A stretch of DNA of 64,000 nt, taken from Octopus sinensis. Taxonomy: Eukaryota. The stretch is taken from NCBI RefSeq assembly GCF_006345805.1, contig NC_042999.1, forward strand, positions 29,512,001 through 29,576,000, given 5' to 3'. Positions 1 to 13,088 of this stretch are shown one piece after another. How positions within the stretch are numbered: the stretch's first letter is position 1; every line of letters begins with the position of its first letter. The position numbers and the translations under genes are program-made. A model generated the notes under the pieces. It ran no database searches and was not told the origin of the DNA. It worked only from the letters and a program-made list of their open reading frames with translations.

Positions 1-400
1 TGGATCTTTCTCAATTACGGTCTTTAATTGACCGTCGTCGATGACAGGTGGGCGTCCACTACACTCTCGATCTTCAGGGCTCAGGTCTCCACTGTGAAAT
101 CCTTTAGCCTATTTTCGAGCTGGCCCCTCACTGGTCCTTTTCTCAGGAAACGTTTTGATGATATCTCGTGCAGTTTCAGCTATATTAGGTTCTCTTTTGA
201 AGTTGAATAACAAAACTGCTCGAATATCGCGCTTGGACTTTCAGATCATTTTAACAATGTTAATTTATTGATGCCTTTGTGCAAATCTTTCTCTGTATTA
301 GACAATTGCCAAAAACGTTCTAAAAGCATTGAAAAATAAAAATTCGCTACAAATTCTTCATGTTTCAAAATATTATTTACTTTTTGTACTCAACATGATA
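1..400 (-). mobile_element. Mariner transposon 5' fragment (TIR plus N-terminal HTH of a decayed transposase), truncated by the window start
   Basis: Minus-strand translation from about 249 reads KSKRDIRAVLLFNFKREPNIAETARDIIKTF...SGDLSPEDRECSGRPPVIDDGQLKTVIEKDP with in-frame stops, which matches the mariner HTH/GRP region. The reverse complement of 372-400 (tatcatgttgagtacaaaaagtaaataat) resembles a mariner TIR and sits next to a TA. Confidence 0.85.
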
Positions 401-414
401 TATACACACAAATT

Positions 415-569
415 TTTTTATCTCCTTGTTCTTTCTGTGTCCCTTTTCTGTAGAAGAGCGTAGGCTCGAAACGTAAAAGACTTTTTCTATTCCTGAGCGT
501 CATACTAATGCATCTGTTTGTTTTGTACACCTCCTGTCTTCGTCTTTTGTTTTATTCGTAAACTCTCCC

Positions 570-570
<1 letters not shown>
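415..570 (+). mobile_element. Penelope-like element terminal repeat fragment (family H1) with a degenerate hammerhead motif at 443-480
   Basis: Sequence is CTGTAGA-a-GAGC-gtag-GCTC-GAAAC-GTA-aaag. It is homologous to 25740-25880 (+) and 31365-31500 (-) and ends at a (TA)n(TG)n tract. Confidence 0.65.
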
Positions 571-610
<40 letters not shown>

Positions 611-1450
611 TTGCATGTTTGTGTGTGTTTGTGTTTGTGTGTTTGTATGTGTGTGTGTGAAAGTGTTAAGACGGTTGGTGGCAAACAAGAAGTGGTACTG
701 AGATATCGTTTAATAGTCGTTACGTATTCTATCGTAAAATATGCCACACTAATTTGCTGCCGTTAATACTGATGTCGGAGATATATAAAATATGTGGCAC
801 ATATTTAGAAAGAATAATAAAGGTAGTACAGTGTGAAGGAGTTCTTGATGAAATATTTAAGAAAAAAAAACTATCACTGTTGTTAGAAAATAGAAATTTC
901 CAAAATTGAAAGTTTTATAGTAATCTGATTGAATTATATTTATAATCAGTAAGAATAAAAATAAATTTCCTGAATATCAAAAATAAATATTTAATATTTA
1001 TTTTTTCAATATTTACTTCTCCTCTTTCTCACATGTTTCACAGAACGACATAGAGTTTGACAGCGGAGTCTTGTCTATCATTTAGAATGTTATTATTTTC
1101 TCATTAACCTGGAAGCGTCGGTTAATATTCTCTTACACAAAACCACAGGTGATTGTGTGTATCAGAACGTTCGAATAAGTTTAGCGTTATACGCTGTGTA
1201 GTGTCTGTGGAGAAGATATCATTGTAGGAGTAGAAGTGAATATTACATATGATATGTCATTAGGAAAAGTTCATATTTTTATGAGCCTTTAGCGTTAAAA
1301 ATCGACGCGGATTACCAATCTTCTTAGAAAGAACGCTTGAAAAACGGAACTCTCTGCACGAAACCATTTTTAATTCACAAAACAAAACTTGTCTAGTAAA
1401 TGCGTTGTTGAGCCCGCATTCTAACTGTACAATAGAATCGTGTGCATACA

Positions 1451-1627
1451 GGCATATGAGTGGCTGTGCGGTAAGTAGCTTGCTAACCAACCACATGGTT
1501 CCTAGTTCAGTCCCACTGCGTGGCATCTTGGGCAACTGTCTTCTGCTATAGCCGCGGGCCGACCAATGCCTTGTGAGTGGATTTGGTAGGCGGAAACTGA
1601 AAGAAGCCTGTCGTAAATATCTATATC

Positions 1628-1688
<61 letters not shown>

Positions 1689-1907
1689 TTGTGTGTCTGT
1701 GTTTGTCCCTCTAACATTGCTTGACAACCGATGCTGGTGTGTTTACGTTCCCGTCATTTGGCGGTTCGGCAAAATAGACCGATAGAATAAGAACTGGGCT
1801 TACAAAGAATAAGTCCCGGGGTCGATTTTCTTGACTAAAGGCGGTGATCCAGCATGGCCGCAGTCAAATGACTGAAACAATTAAAAGAGAGTAAAAAGAA
1901 AGAGAGT
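1451..1907 (+). mobile_element. tRNA-derived SINE family A, full length
   Basis: Has A/B-box-like head (tggctgtgcggtaag ... gttcagtccc), internal (TA)n(TG)n and a (taaaagag)n-type tail. It is highly similar to copies at 16620, 23873, 39686 and 46385. Confidence 0.9.
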
Positions 1908-2049
1908 ATACGCAAATATTCATGCAAGAGAGACGAAGCAAAGAACGGGTTTGAGAAGTGACTTCCACATCTTCCGCATTATTATTGAAGGATTTCAACG
2001 CAATCCTGCAATATTTCATATGCCGCATACCTCTGTTAACAATAAAGCA

Positions 2050-2770
2050 TGAATAAAGTTAGCTTGAATAATTGATCATAAAAATGTTCGTCCAACTTTG
2101 GGCACCGATCTCTGAGCATTTCAATGAAATTTCTTGAATGGACCAAAACCTAGAAAAATTAATCAGGGCTAACTCCAATGTTTGTAATCTGTAAGAAGCT
2201 ACAGTATTGATATAATATTTGAAGAAAAACATAGATTTCTGGCAGCAGGTGTAAAAACATCCCTTACGGAAGATGTAGCCTAAAGTAGGGAGCAAATAAA
2301 TTAATACTACAATAAGAATGTTATCCACTACTAGATTATATGAAATGGCTTATTCTAGACAGTTCACACGCATTCGTAGAGCAAGACAGTTCTACACTTT
2401 GTTGTGATGTACCTGTAGAGGTTATCTTGGATAGAATGCAGAAATCATGTAATGGCTGAATGCTACAGACGTGTGATGTAATTATAAAAATTAAATTTGT
2501 ACCAATTTGAAGAGCAATCCCACAAGGAATTTCCAAGGAATCTCACACCTTCAACTAATTTACTGTTTGTCATCTGATTCTTTAACCGATGTGGAAATAT
2601 AACTATATGCGAATAAATCTGATTTGGTAAACAACAAATCATCACTTGTATATGGAAGACCTCGTGTGGTATGCTAGAATGAAATACAGTTGGTAAATTA
2701 CTATAGAGAGTAGAGAAATTCATCGAAGTAGACCTTGAAGAGATGAAATCTAATCTGAAGCAATAATACT
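2050..2770 (+). pseudogene. Heavily decayed reverse transcriptase fragment of a REL-type (R4/NeSL-like) LINE
   Basis: Near 2635-2695 the sequence reads TNHHLYMEDLVWYAR, compared with the consensus INHLLYMDDLKLYAK. An upstream IPQG-like motif lies near 2517. Many stops and frameshifts. Confidence 0.55.
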
Positions 2771-3719
2771 GTACTATATAATGAAGCTTAAATAAAAGAA
2801 CCAGATTATACTCACACATAAATATTTAAGAATCAATGATTTAGACAAGGTACAACAAGCATACATTAGAGAGAAAAAAAGGAATATTGTGTATCACTAC
2901 TTAAACCTCCAATGCCTGATCCACGTTCATGAATCTCAATAATCTACCTCTCCTATTTATAATTTAGGATTTTAACAAAATCAACCCAACGATAAACGAA
3001 ATTAAATTTGGCATGAAACCCAAAGAATAATAGTGGCTACCTAAATTCTTACAAAGATTGTGCATGGTAGTATTTGGAAATCGTCGAGGCTTTATACAAA
3101 TTAGACAACCTACGACTTTAAGAATATCAAATTCAAAATCAAAGAAAGTTTGTATAAAATTTACATTCCATGAATAATTTTATAAAAAATGTAACTTTTT
3201 CCATTGAAGTTAGCCGAAACATAAGACGTAGTAGCCACAATAACGATTAAGTTTAAATACAAAGAAGAAATATTACAAACTTTTAGTACTTAAAATTGGA
3301 AAAAAGAAATGTGAGAAAGCAACTATAGTCTAGGATATACTCAGTTAGGAAGATGACGTCTAATCGCTGATATATTACTGTAGAGTGCCATCCGGAATAC
3401 ATATCAGAGGAAACTGTATCCAACAAAGAATGGATAAATTATTGCGAATCAGTTACAAATATGAACAAGATTCCAATTATTGACAAAAGAGCATTTGTTT
3501 GTGTGTGTGTGTGTGTACACACACACAAGCACGAATACACACACACATACACAGGCGTGCGCGTAAACACGCACGCACCCGCACGCACCTACACACACAC
3601 ATGTTTCCATCCACTAAATTCTGGCTAGTAGTTTGTGAGGGTGAGGCAACCACTGTTTTACTGGTTGAAGAACACCCAAATACACCAAGGGAATGATACC
3701 GCTCAGTCTTTTTCGAAGA

Positions 3720-4045
3720 GACAAAAGAGCTAATGATATGGAAAGGGAGAATGGTCAGATAACTCAGCTCATTTTTATGGATCGCAGAAAGCTTTATAAT
3801 AAGACAATGAGTAGCATGTTGAAACTTTTCTACATATTGCTCGTATTCCCCCAAATGACATATTTGTGTAATTCGGTATTCAAAATGCACTGTACTGATA
3901 TCCGAATGAGTAAGATTTCAAGAAACCCTGGACACTGAAATTCGAATTGGGCTAACAATGAAAGTAGTTAACAAGGGAGAGCGGTGTAACTATTTGGGAA
4001 TAGTGGACGCAGACAATGTAACATATGAAGAGATGAGGCGTACAT
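3720..4045 (+). pseudogene. REL-type LINE RT fragment
   Basis: Reads GQITQLIFMDRRKLY (motif LFMDDLKLY) and GERCNYLGIVDADNVTYEEMR (motif YKYLGILE). Confidence 0.65.
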
Positions 4046-4167
4046 TTTAAATGGGTAATTATGAGATTCTTGCCTGCCACAATTACATTCCCCTTCCTCC
4101 TAATATAGCTGAAAGTTGTGTATATACGACCTATTCTTTAAAAAGACTACCGACGTTGCTGCTGGTA

Positions 4168-4286
4168 ACTACTACTACTACCACTACTGCTACTACTACT
4201 ACTACTACTACTACTACCACTACTGCTGCTGCTGATACTACTACTACTACTAATACTACTATTACTACTACTGCTCCTGCTGCTGA

Positions 4287-4328
<42 letters not shown>

Positions 4329-4329
4329 A

Positions 4330-4362
<33 letters not shown>

Positions 4363-4385
4363 GCTACTGCTACTGCTGCTGCTGC
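4168..4385. repeat. (ACT)n/(GCT)n compound microsatellite
   Basis: Directly visible trinucleotide repeat. Confidence 0.95.
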
Positions 4386-4399
4386 ACTAATAGCAGTAG

Positions 4400-5739
4400 A
4401 AGTTGATACTGATGGATATAAACGATGAATATTGAGAGCAATGGATATAAATATCTTGGGATTTTAGAATACGACAAAATGAAGTAAATTGAAATGAAGG
4501 AATGCTTTAGGCGATGATATCTCACATGAACGGTGTTAAGTGTGGGAAGTAGACGCAATGCAAAATAAAAACAAAACAAAAACAAAATGAGGCATCGAAT
4601 GCATGCGTTGCTTCTTTAATGCGATACAGCGCAGTCGTTGTTAGGTAGGCAAATAACGAGCTTCATGAAATGGACAGAAATTCTAGAAAAATGATGACAA
4701 TAAAGATACAACACACGAAAAGCGATACTGGCAGACTGCATGTGCCTTAAAACAGGGGTGGAAGATGTCTTATAGGACGCAAGATCCGTGTTGTCAACGA
4801 CAAGCACATTCAGCGTTGATACATCAAGCAACAGAGCGGATCCTTGCTTGCTACTGTAACAAAAAAATAATATAATAAGTATCGAAAATGTGATGTAAGG
4901 AAAAGACAAGATAAACACTTGAGGGAGGGCTAAGAAAAAGTAATGATATGAAAGCCTGCATTAAAACATTGATATGCAGCGCCCAGGGACACGTTCTTAA
5001 AACTAATTACACTAAATTCCAAATAGATAAGAATACTGAATATCCCCTTTGTAGTATGTGTGGCAGCAGAAACAATCTTACGTATTGTTAGTGAGTGCAG
5101 CAAGCCAAACGCACTAAAAGAGGCGGTACGATAATTTGGCTAAGTTCGTCCAATGGAGGCTATGTGTAAAGTACGGTCTGAATAGTACAGGGAAATGGCA
5201 CGTATATGAACCAGAAGAAATCACCAAAACAAGGAACATAGGCTACTGTGGGATTATAGAATCTGATAGAACTCCCTGATCGAGGCTTGGAGAAAGATAT
5301 TGAGGTAGGTAAAGGGAAATAGGAAATCAAGATCATTGATATTGCAGTAACATTGATATTGCAATAACGCATAAGTGACAATGAGCTAGAACGGATTGAA
5401 AAGTACCGACAAATAAAAGAGGTGTGGACAAAAGGAGAGTGTTTGTTATTCCAGTAGTTCTAGGGGCACTTGGAGCACACGCAGCCAAGTTCTAGAACTA
5501 TGTGGAAGAGATCGGAGTTGCAATGAGAGCAGACCAAGTCCAAGAAACAGCCCTGCGAGGGATAGCTATGAGTTTGAGACTGGTTCTTGGATGCTGAATG
5601 TCTCTAACGATAACTAAGAACCAAGTGTCGCAGTTGATAATGTGCCGAAAGAGACGCTGCGGGACATGTAACGGCAGGCTGCTGTCCGCTCTCACAGAGT
5701 CTACTAGAACAAACAGCACCGAACTTTCTGAGAAGTAAC

Positions 5740-5740
<1 letters not shown>
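4400..5740 (+). mobile_element. 5'-truncated R4/Dong-like LINE (thumb, CCHC zinc knuckle, REL endonuclease, 3' UTR) ending in (AAT)n
   Basis: Reads GYKYLGILEYDK, MRYSAVVV..ELHEMDRNSRKMMT, PLCSMCGS..IVSECSK, PD...IIDIAV...E.IEKY and FVIPVVLGALG. It runs into (AAT)n at about 5740. Confidence 0.85.
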
Positions 5741-5831
<91 letters not shown>

Positions 5832-5915
5832 CGCCATCATCATCAACATAATCATCACCATAATCATTATCATCATCATCATCATCATCAGCTTTATTCA
5901 TCATCATTATTATTA
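5740..5915. repeat. (AAT)n-(CAT)n-(ATT)n compound microsatellite between two convergent LINE 3' ends
   Basis: Directly visible. Confidence 0.95.
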
Positions 5916-7017
5916 TTCCTTCGTAACACTATGTAAGTAAAAATGCACCGGATATTTTACTCATATGTCAAGTCCCCAGAAGGACACCAGACGGATTATA
6001 CCTCCCTTAAGAGGTGCGCTGTGGCTAATAAGGCTGCTATTTGCAAGGCACCAATCCTGCATAGGATTTACAGTTGCCTTAAGAAGTCTTGAAGTTTCAA
6101 TGGGATTGAGACTAACGCCCCGATCACCACTGTTATCAATTTAACTCATCTTCTCTCATTCCATACAGTCTTGCATTTCCACTTTCAATTAGAGTTCTTG
6201 CTGATTTTTTAAACTTCTTTACTCGCAAACTTCATGTCATTTGGTACGGCTACATCAATGATCTGACAGTATTTGTCTCTCTTATTCAACTTGACATTAT
6301 CCGGCCGACGGTGTTCGATTACACGCTCCGTCTGAAAATCATAATCCCGGAGTATCGTTACTTTTCTATACTCCTGCATAACTTTACCTAATAATGGAAT
6401 TTCCGGTATAAGAGCCAATGAAGATATACACAGACTCCATCGTGGTGGCGCATGTAATACTTTTGTGCAAGGATGTCAAATCTTACCAAGCTGGTCACAT
6501 TTTCCACACCCTTACTACAGAACAGGTATTTCTGGGTGCCAGAAGTTTTATAGATGTTATGCTTCACAATATTAGTAGCGCGTGCCTGGTCTTGTGCAGC
6601 AGTGGTAACTCTTTCGGTGGTACGCTTCAGATAATTTCGCTTCAGTAATGCCCACGATGCTGTATTATCATTACTTTCCTGTGCAATCCTTTCAAACTGT
6701 CAATGCATTCCCATTGCAAGAAAGTTTTCTCTTCTCCTCAGCTCTTTGTTTGAACTCTTTTTTGCTTATTATTTTATCTCCTTTAACACCCATAACTTTC
6801 GCAGCATATTGCAGCAGGTCATCACCACTATTTATAAAGTACGCGGCAAGCGCCGAATTTCAAAACCATCTTCACCCTTTTAGTTACGTCTCGCTGACTT
6901 TGCTTTCCATTTCTTTGTGTAGAAATCATCCTGTTCCAAAATCCCTAAATATCTATACACACTACCGCTGTGCTCAGTCATGGTCTCTCCAGATGGTAAC
7001 CGAAATCATATGCAGGC
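5916..7017 (-). mobile_element. 5'-truncated, internally deleted R4/Dong-like LINE
   Basis: ORF 6209..6418 reads KVTILRDYDFQTERVIEHRRPDNVKLNKRDKYCQIIDVAVPND, the REL PD-(D/E)xK motif. Its 3' end (attccttcgtaacac...aaaaatgcac) is shared with the copy at 55514. Confidence 0.85.
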
Positions 7018-7040
7018 TATTATTATTATTATCATTATTA

Positions 7041-7116
<76 letters not shown>

Positions 7117-7179
7117 AGTAGAAGTAGAAGTAGTTGTAGTAGTAGCAGTGTAGTAGTAGTAGTAGTAGTAGTAGTAATA

Positions 7180-7218
<39 letters not shown>

Positions 7219-7265
7219 CGGCGGTAACCACAAAAGCAGCTGCAGTAATAGTAACAGCAGTAATA
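7017..7265. repeat. (ATT)n(AGT)n compound microsatellite
   Basis: Directly visible. Confidence 0.95.
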
Positions 7266-8355
7266 ACCTCCTAGCAACAGTGATAATTCCCCCTTCGTTC
7301 TCAAGATCCCGAAAAACAAAAAAAATAATAACTGTTTTGCAAACCACGAAGATACCCACAAGTTTACATGGATTCCACACCTGATCATAACTAAGAATAC
7401 GTTTGTTACTCACAACATATTATTCCCAATCTATATGACTGTTGTTTTCCTACCACTGCAAAACTTCCGAAATAATATATTTGCTTATTTATCTTCTTAT
7501 GTTCTTTGTGTTCCTGATATATATACATAATATATACATACATATAATATATATATATATATATATATTATATAATATATATATATATATATTATATATA
7601 TAATAATATATAATATATATATATATATATTATGTATGTATGTATTGTCATTGCTATCTTACTGTTCAATATCTTCTCTTCTATTAACGCCGTCTTCTTG
7701 GGTTACTGTAAATTACTATTGCCTTTCCTACATCCCACCAGGCATAGCAACCTATGATAACGACAAATATAATTCCTCACTGACAGCCCGATGATCGAAA
7801 CATGACACCTTATCAGTCATGTTTGCCAGCATGTGTTTATATTTGATGTTTTATACATCTGTTTATTTTTTTTATTACTATGTTTGATATCTTTATCCGC
7901 CATTTTGTTTTGATTGATCGGCTACAGTTATAGCAGTCTGAACTTATTGTTTGTTTATGTTTTCTTCCTTTCACGCCTTCCTTAATGAAATTGTGATAGA
8001 ATGCAAATAGACATTGGCAGGAAAACATTTTCTCGAAAATATCGCAGACGTTAAAGCAACTGTACTGTCTTCAGTGATCTATTTAATATTCAATCGAGGC
8101 CTATGTATAAGAAAATATTTGTAGGAGCAGTAATTCGCTTTCCAAACTGTTTAAGATTTTACTACTTTCTTCGTTTTCCCTATCGTTTTCTATCGTGTGC
8201 ATGGAACGTACTTCGTGTGTGTGTGCATATATATCAACATTTTAGTTGTTATTTTTCATGTAGAATAGTTCTCATGTTCAAATATACTCAATGTGTGTAG
8301 AGGAGGAATGAGAGATCGATATGTATGAATATGAGAATGATCATATATACGTGCG

Positions 8356-8678
<323 letters not shown>

Positions 8679-10174
8679 CACATATGTATTGTGAGAGATA
8701 GTTGTATATAGATGGAGGACCGTGTATTTGTACATAGACCCTCTGATAATTGTGTAAATAGATGTTTTTGAATGGTACTTTTTTCCGTTGTGTATAAATT
8801 CACGTACGATGTATAAACAATAAATCTACCACACATTGTTCTAAGTGCACAGGCGCAAGCACACTTACAGACACACACAAAAGCGCTCACATACATATAT
8901 ACATACATAAAGTCATATACATGGTGTCAGTATACGTATGTTCACGTATGTGCATGTATACATGCATGTGTGTATGAATGTATCTATGTATGCAGGCATA
9001 TCCGCACAATGCAACTATTATCATTTTAAACCAAATCACAAAATCACAAAGAAATAATTGAAAGCGAAATAATGGAAAAACGGTAACACACTCACAAAAT
9101 AAAATGATTTAAACGCAAGAAGAAAACTAAAAATGGAAAAGAAATTTGGAGGTGACAAACAGAAGAAGCTTGACATAAACAAACCTATTAATATATGATG
9201 ATAGAAAACAATAAAAAGATTCTACGAAAAAAGATTTAGTATAGTGAATTCTAAACATCGTTGTTGGTTGTCCTTATTATCAATATTTTTTTCCGATGTA
9301 AGAATAATAAACTTAAAATATCAGATTCAGGAATAATAGATTTGAAGCCCTAGAGTGTTGAGAATCATTTAATTCGAATTTCGGAAGGGAAATGTGATAA
9401 AACGAATGAAATTCTCTATTAGTTCATTCACTGAAGCAAATAAAACTATTGCTTTTAACTGTGTTTTTAAACAACCATCTGCTCTCTACAGTTTTGTATA
9501 CCATTTAAAAAAATTTTAAATCAACTCAACATCTATTTTGTATGATTTTTTCCTCACCATTTCTACTTTATCCTACCTGACACCTTGCACAAAATCTGCT
9601 TCTTATATATGTATTCTTCATTATAATATTTCTTTCTATACGTCTTCAGTGTGTATTCTTGTATTATTCAGGATTTTTTTTAGCAAATCTATTTATTTTA
9701 CATTTATATACTCACACTCTTGTTTTCATTATGGATATTATTGTCACAACGTATCATCCTCAGTACACAGAAATCTTCATCTGCTTCCTTTTATATCATG
9801 TATCATTTTCAATATGTCGAAGCGTAGGTTTTAGGAAATCCATGTTAGTGAGGTTGAATAGGTTGTTCTCATTGCATTGGTCATATCTGACATTTTTATT
9901 ATTATCAAAGTTATGCATAAGGCACTGAGAGCAATATACACTCCATGGATTACTTGGATTTGACATTTAGAAGTTACAACGGTTGTTTAAACATATAACA
10001 CACAATTGATTAAAGCAATGGCTGTAGGGCAGCTACGGCAGAAGATTTGTAATTATATCACCAAAGACGGCGCCATGAATACGAATATGCCAATGTGTTA
10101 AGTTTCATATACATATTGATATATTTAACTTTGATTCCCATTCCAACAAATAACATTATGCATACCATCTTGCA

Positions 10175-10191
10175 ACTACTACACCTACTAC

Positions 10192-10223
<32 letters not shown>

Positions 10224-10455
10224 TTACTAACACCACCACCACCACCACCACCACCACCGCCACCACTACTACTGCTACTACTACTACTACTACTACAGTT
10301 TCTGCTTCAAACGCTACTACTATTACTGATACTTATGTTACTGTTGATACCACAGCTAGTAAAAGCCGCAGAAGCGGCGGCGGCAGCACCAGAATCAATA
10401 ACAGCAGAAGCAGTAGTATCAGCAGCAGCAGTAGCAGCAGCAGCAGCAATACTAA

Positions 10456-10512
<57 letters not shown>

Positions 10513-10540
10513 TAGTAGTAGTAGTAGTAGTCGTAGTAGT

Positions 10541-10572
<32 letters not shown>

Positions 10573-10688
10573 CAGTAGTGGTGGTGGTGGTGGTGGTGGT
10601 GTAGTAGTAGTAGTAATAATAGTAGTAGTAGTAATAGTAGTAGTAGTAGTAGTAGTATAGTAGTAGTAGTAGTAGTAGTAGCAGTGGC

Positions 10689-10719
<31 letters not shown>

Positions 10720-10741
10720 ATAGTAGTAGTAGTAGTAGTAA

Positions 10742-10782
<41 letters not shown>

Positions 10783-10802
10783 GTAGTAGTAGTAGTAGTA
10801 GT
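10175..10802. repeat. (CTA)n(CCA)n ... (GCA)n(TAG)n(TGG)n(TAG)n compound microsatellite
   Basis: Directly visible. Confidence 0.95.
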
Positions 10803-11693
10803 CTAAATCATTTCCTTTTTTCTTTCGTTTATTATCTAACAGTTTCGTTTCATCATTTTCCTCGCTTTTGATAGTACGAGACTGTGCAAAAAGAATATTT
10901 GAAGAAAGAATTATATCGTAGTGCACTTATTTACACAAGCAAACGAAAGGACATTCGCATGTACAGTGGAAGTCTTGATTCTAAGATGTATTATAATTTA
11001 AGAGGGGAATGAGCAAGCCGTTCATTCGTGCATCTTCATATATATAGTTGTGCGGCAATGTATATCACTATATATGTTAGGCGAGAAAAGACTATTGGTG
11101 CTGAATTATAAACATTATAGATAGAAAACATTAACACTATAAGAATGTATCTAGCAGCCACTCTTGTGCCAAAGAGTTTTACATTGTATTAGTTACTGTT
11201 TAAAAACAACACGATTGAAACAAGCCCATGTAATATCCTCTTTTTTCCCACTATCCCACAGTAAAATGTATAAAAGATGGAAGTACACATATACACGCGC
11301 ATATGTATATAGATAGATAGACATATAGATTGATAGATAGATAAATACATACATACATACATACATATATACATTGTTGGCTACAAAATATGAACAGATA
11401 TTGAATACCGTTGTGTATCCATTACAATGAAACAACTTCAAAAATGATAATACGTTAACCGCATTAAGTGTCAAGGTTGCCTTATATACCCATATCGGAG
11501 TATCTGATTTATGAAACTATAAGTAATACATAAAAAAAAAGAAAAACTTGCATTCTCTCCGTAATGAAATTGTAAGACAAGGGCAAATCTTATCGTGAAG
11601 GTTCCTGGGTAAATCATTGTGTTTTCCTCTTTTTCTTAACATGCACTGTTCTCTTAAAATATGTAGAGATATATTGTATTATAGTATATATAT

Positions 11694-11746
<53 letters not shown>

Positions 11747-11794
11747 TATATATATATTATATATATATATATACATACATATATATATATATAT

Positions 11795-13036
11795 GATTGG
11801 CAAGTTACCGCCGTTTTTTTTATAAAATTTGGAATTTATTGCTTTTTTACATTTTGGAATCTATTTTGCTTTGTTTTTCTTTTTTTTTTAGTTAATTCTA
11901 CTTAATTTTTGTTTATTTTCAGATCATGAAAATGGAACGTCAACTTAAGATAAACGAGCATTATGGACACCGCCTTCTTTTTGCTTTTAATCAATGTTCT
12001 AACTCCCCAAAAACTGCTCGCGACATTTGTACTGTGTATGGAGAGGTTGCCATAGATGAAAGAACCGCTCGTGATTGGTACCCAAGTTAAAAAATGGAAA
12101 TTTTGACCTTACAGACGCACCTCGTTCTGGACGTCCAATTGAATTCGATGAAGAGCGATTAAACAAACATTTTTACGAAAATTTTCGCCAAGCGACAAGG
12201 GGACTGGAATGCTCCCACACTACTATAGAGAAACATCTTCACTCGCTGGGAAAGGTTCAGCAGTATGGAGCATGGGTTCTGCAGGCTTTAAGTGACAACG
12301 ACAAAAATCAACCAGCCACAATCTCCGCTCGTTTGGTTGCTCGTCACCGCTCAACTCATAGACACAGGCAAATATTCTTTACCGAACCGTTACTGGCGAC
12401 GAAAAACGGTACTTCTACATCAATATGAAGCAGCGTAAGGAATGACTTAGCCCCAGTAAACAAGTGACACCGCGCGTGTAACAAGATCTTCATCCGGGTA
12501 AAACGATGTTGTGGGTATGGTGGGACTGGGAAGGGGTTATCCCGTACGAAATTGCTTGAACGGAACCAAACACTCAAAACGGAACTCTATGTTCATTAGA
12601 AGGAATGACTCAACACGGTTATTCAAGTGAAAAGACCTAATCGGCAGCATAGAGTTCTTCTGCTGCACGACAACAGCCACCCTCATATTGCCAATATGAC
12701 CAAGGAAGCCATTTAAACGCATGGCTGGGAAGTGCTGCGACATACGCCGTACTATCTTGACTTGGTACCAACGGATTTCCACCTCTTTCGATCTCTTTCA
12801 AATGTTATGTGTGGGGTTTCGTTCAATACTGATACAGAATTGAGAGCTTGGTTGGATCACATTTTCGAGTCGATATCGGGTGATTTCTACCAACAAGGTC
12901 GAGAAAAACCTGTTGAACGTCGGAAAGAATTTGTAAACAACAAGGGTGAATACATTATTGATTAATTAGTTATTATTTTTTATTAAAACTTAAAAAAAAA
13001 ATTTTTTAATACCTCGACAACTTAGTTGTCAACCCA

Positions 13037-13039
<3 letters not shown>
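11795..13039 (+). mobile_element. Near full-length mariner (D,D34D) element with a disrupted transposase at about 11932-12965
   Basis: Motifs are DAPRSGRP, WVLQALS (WVPHEL-like), TGDEK, LHDNSHPH, PYYLDLVPTDFHLF (YSPDLAPSD-like) and C-terminal KGEYIID, broken by frameshifts and stops. Right TIR is aacttagttgtcaacccaata and the left TIR is degenerate. It lies in a (TA)n tract. Confidence 0.92.

Positions 13040-13088
<49 letters not shown>

Noticed and set aside
10095-10604. 169-aa hydrophobic ORF resembling a membrane protein
   Set aside because: It is composed almost entirely of CTA, CCA, GCA and GTA repeats.
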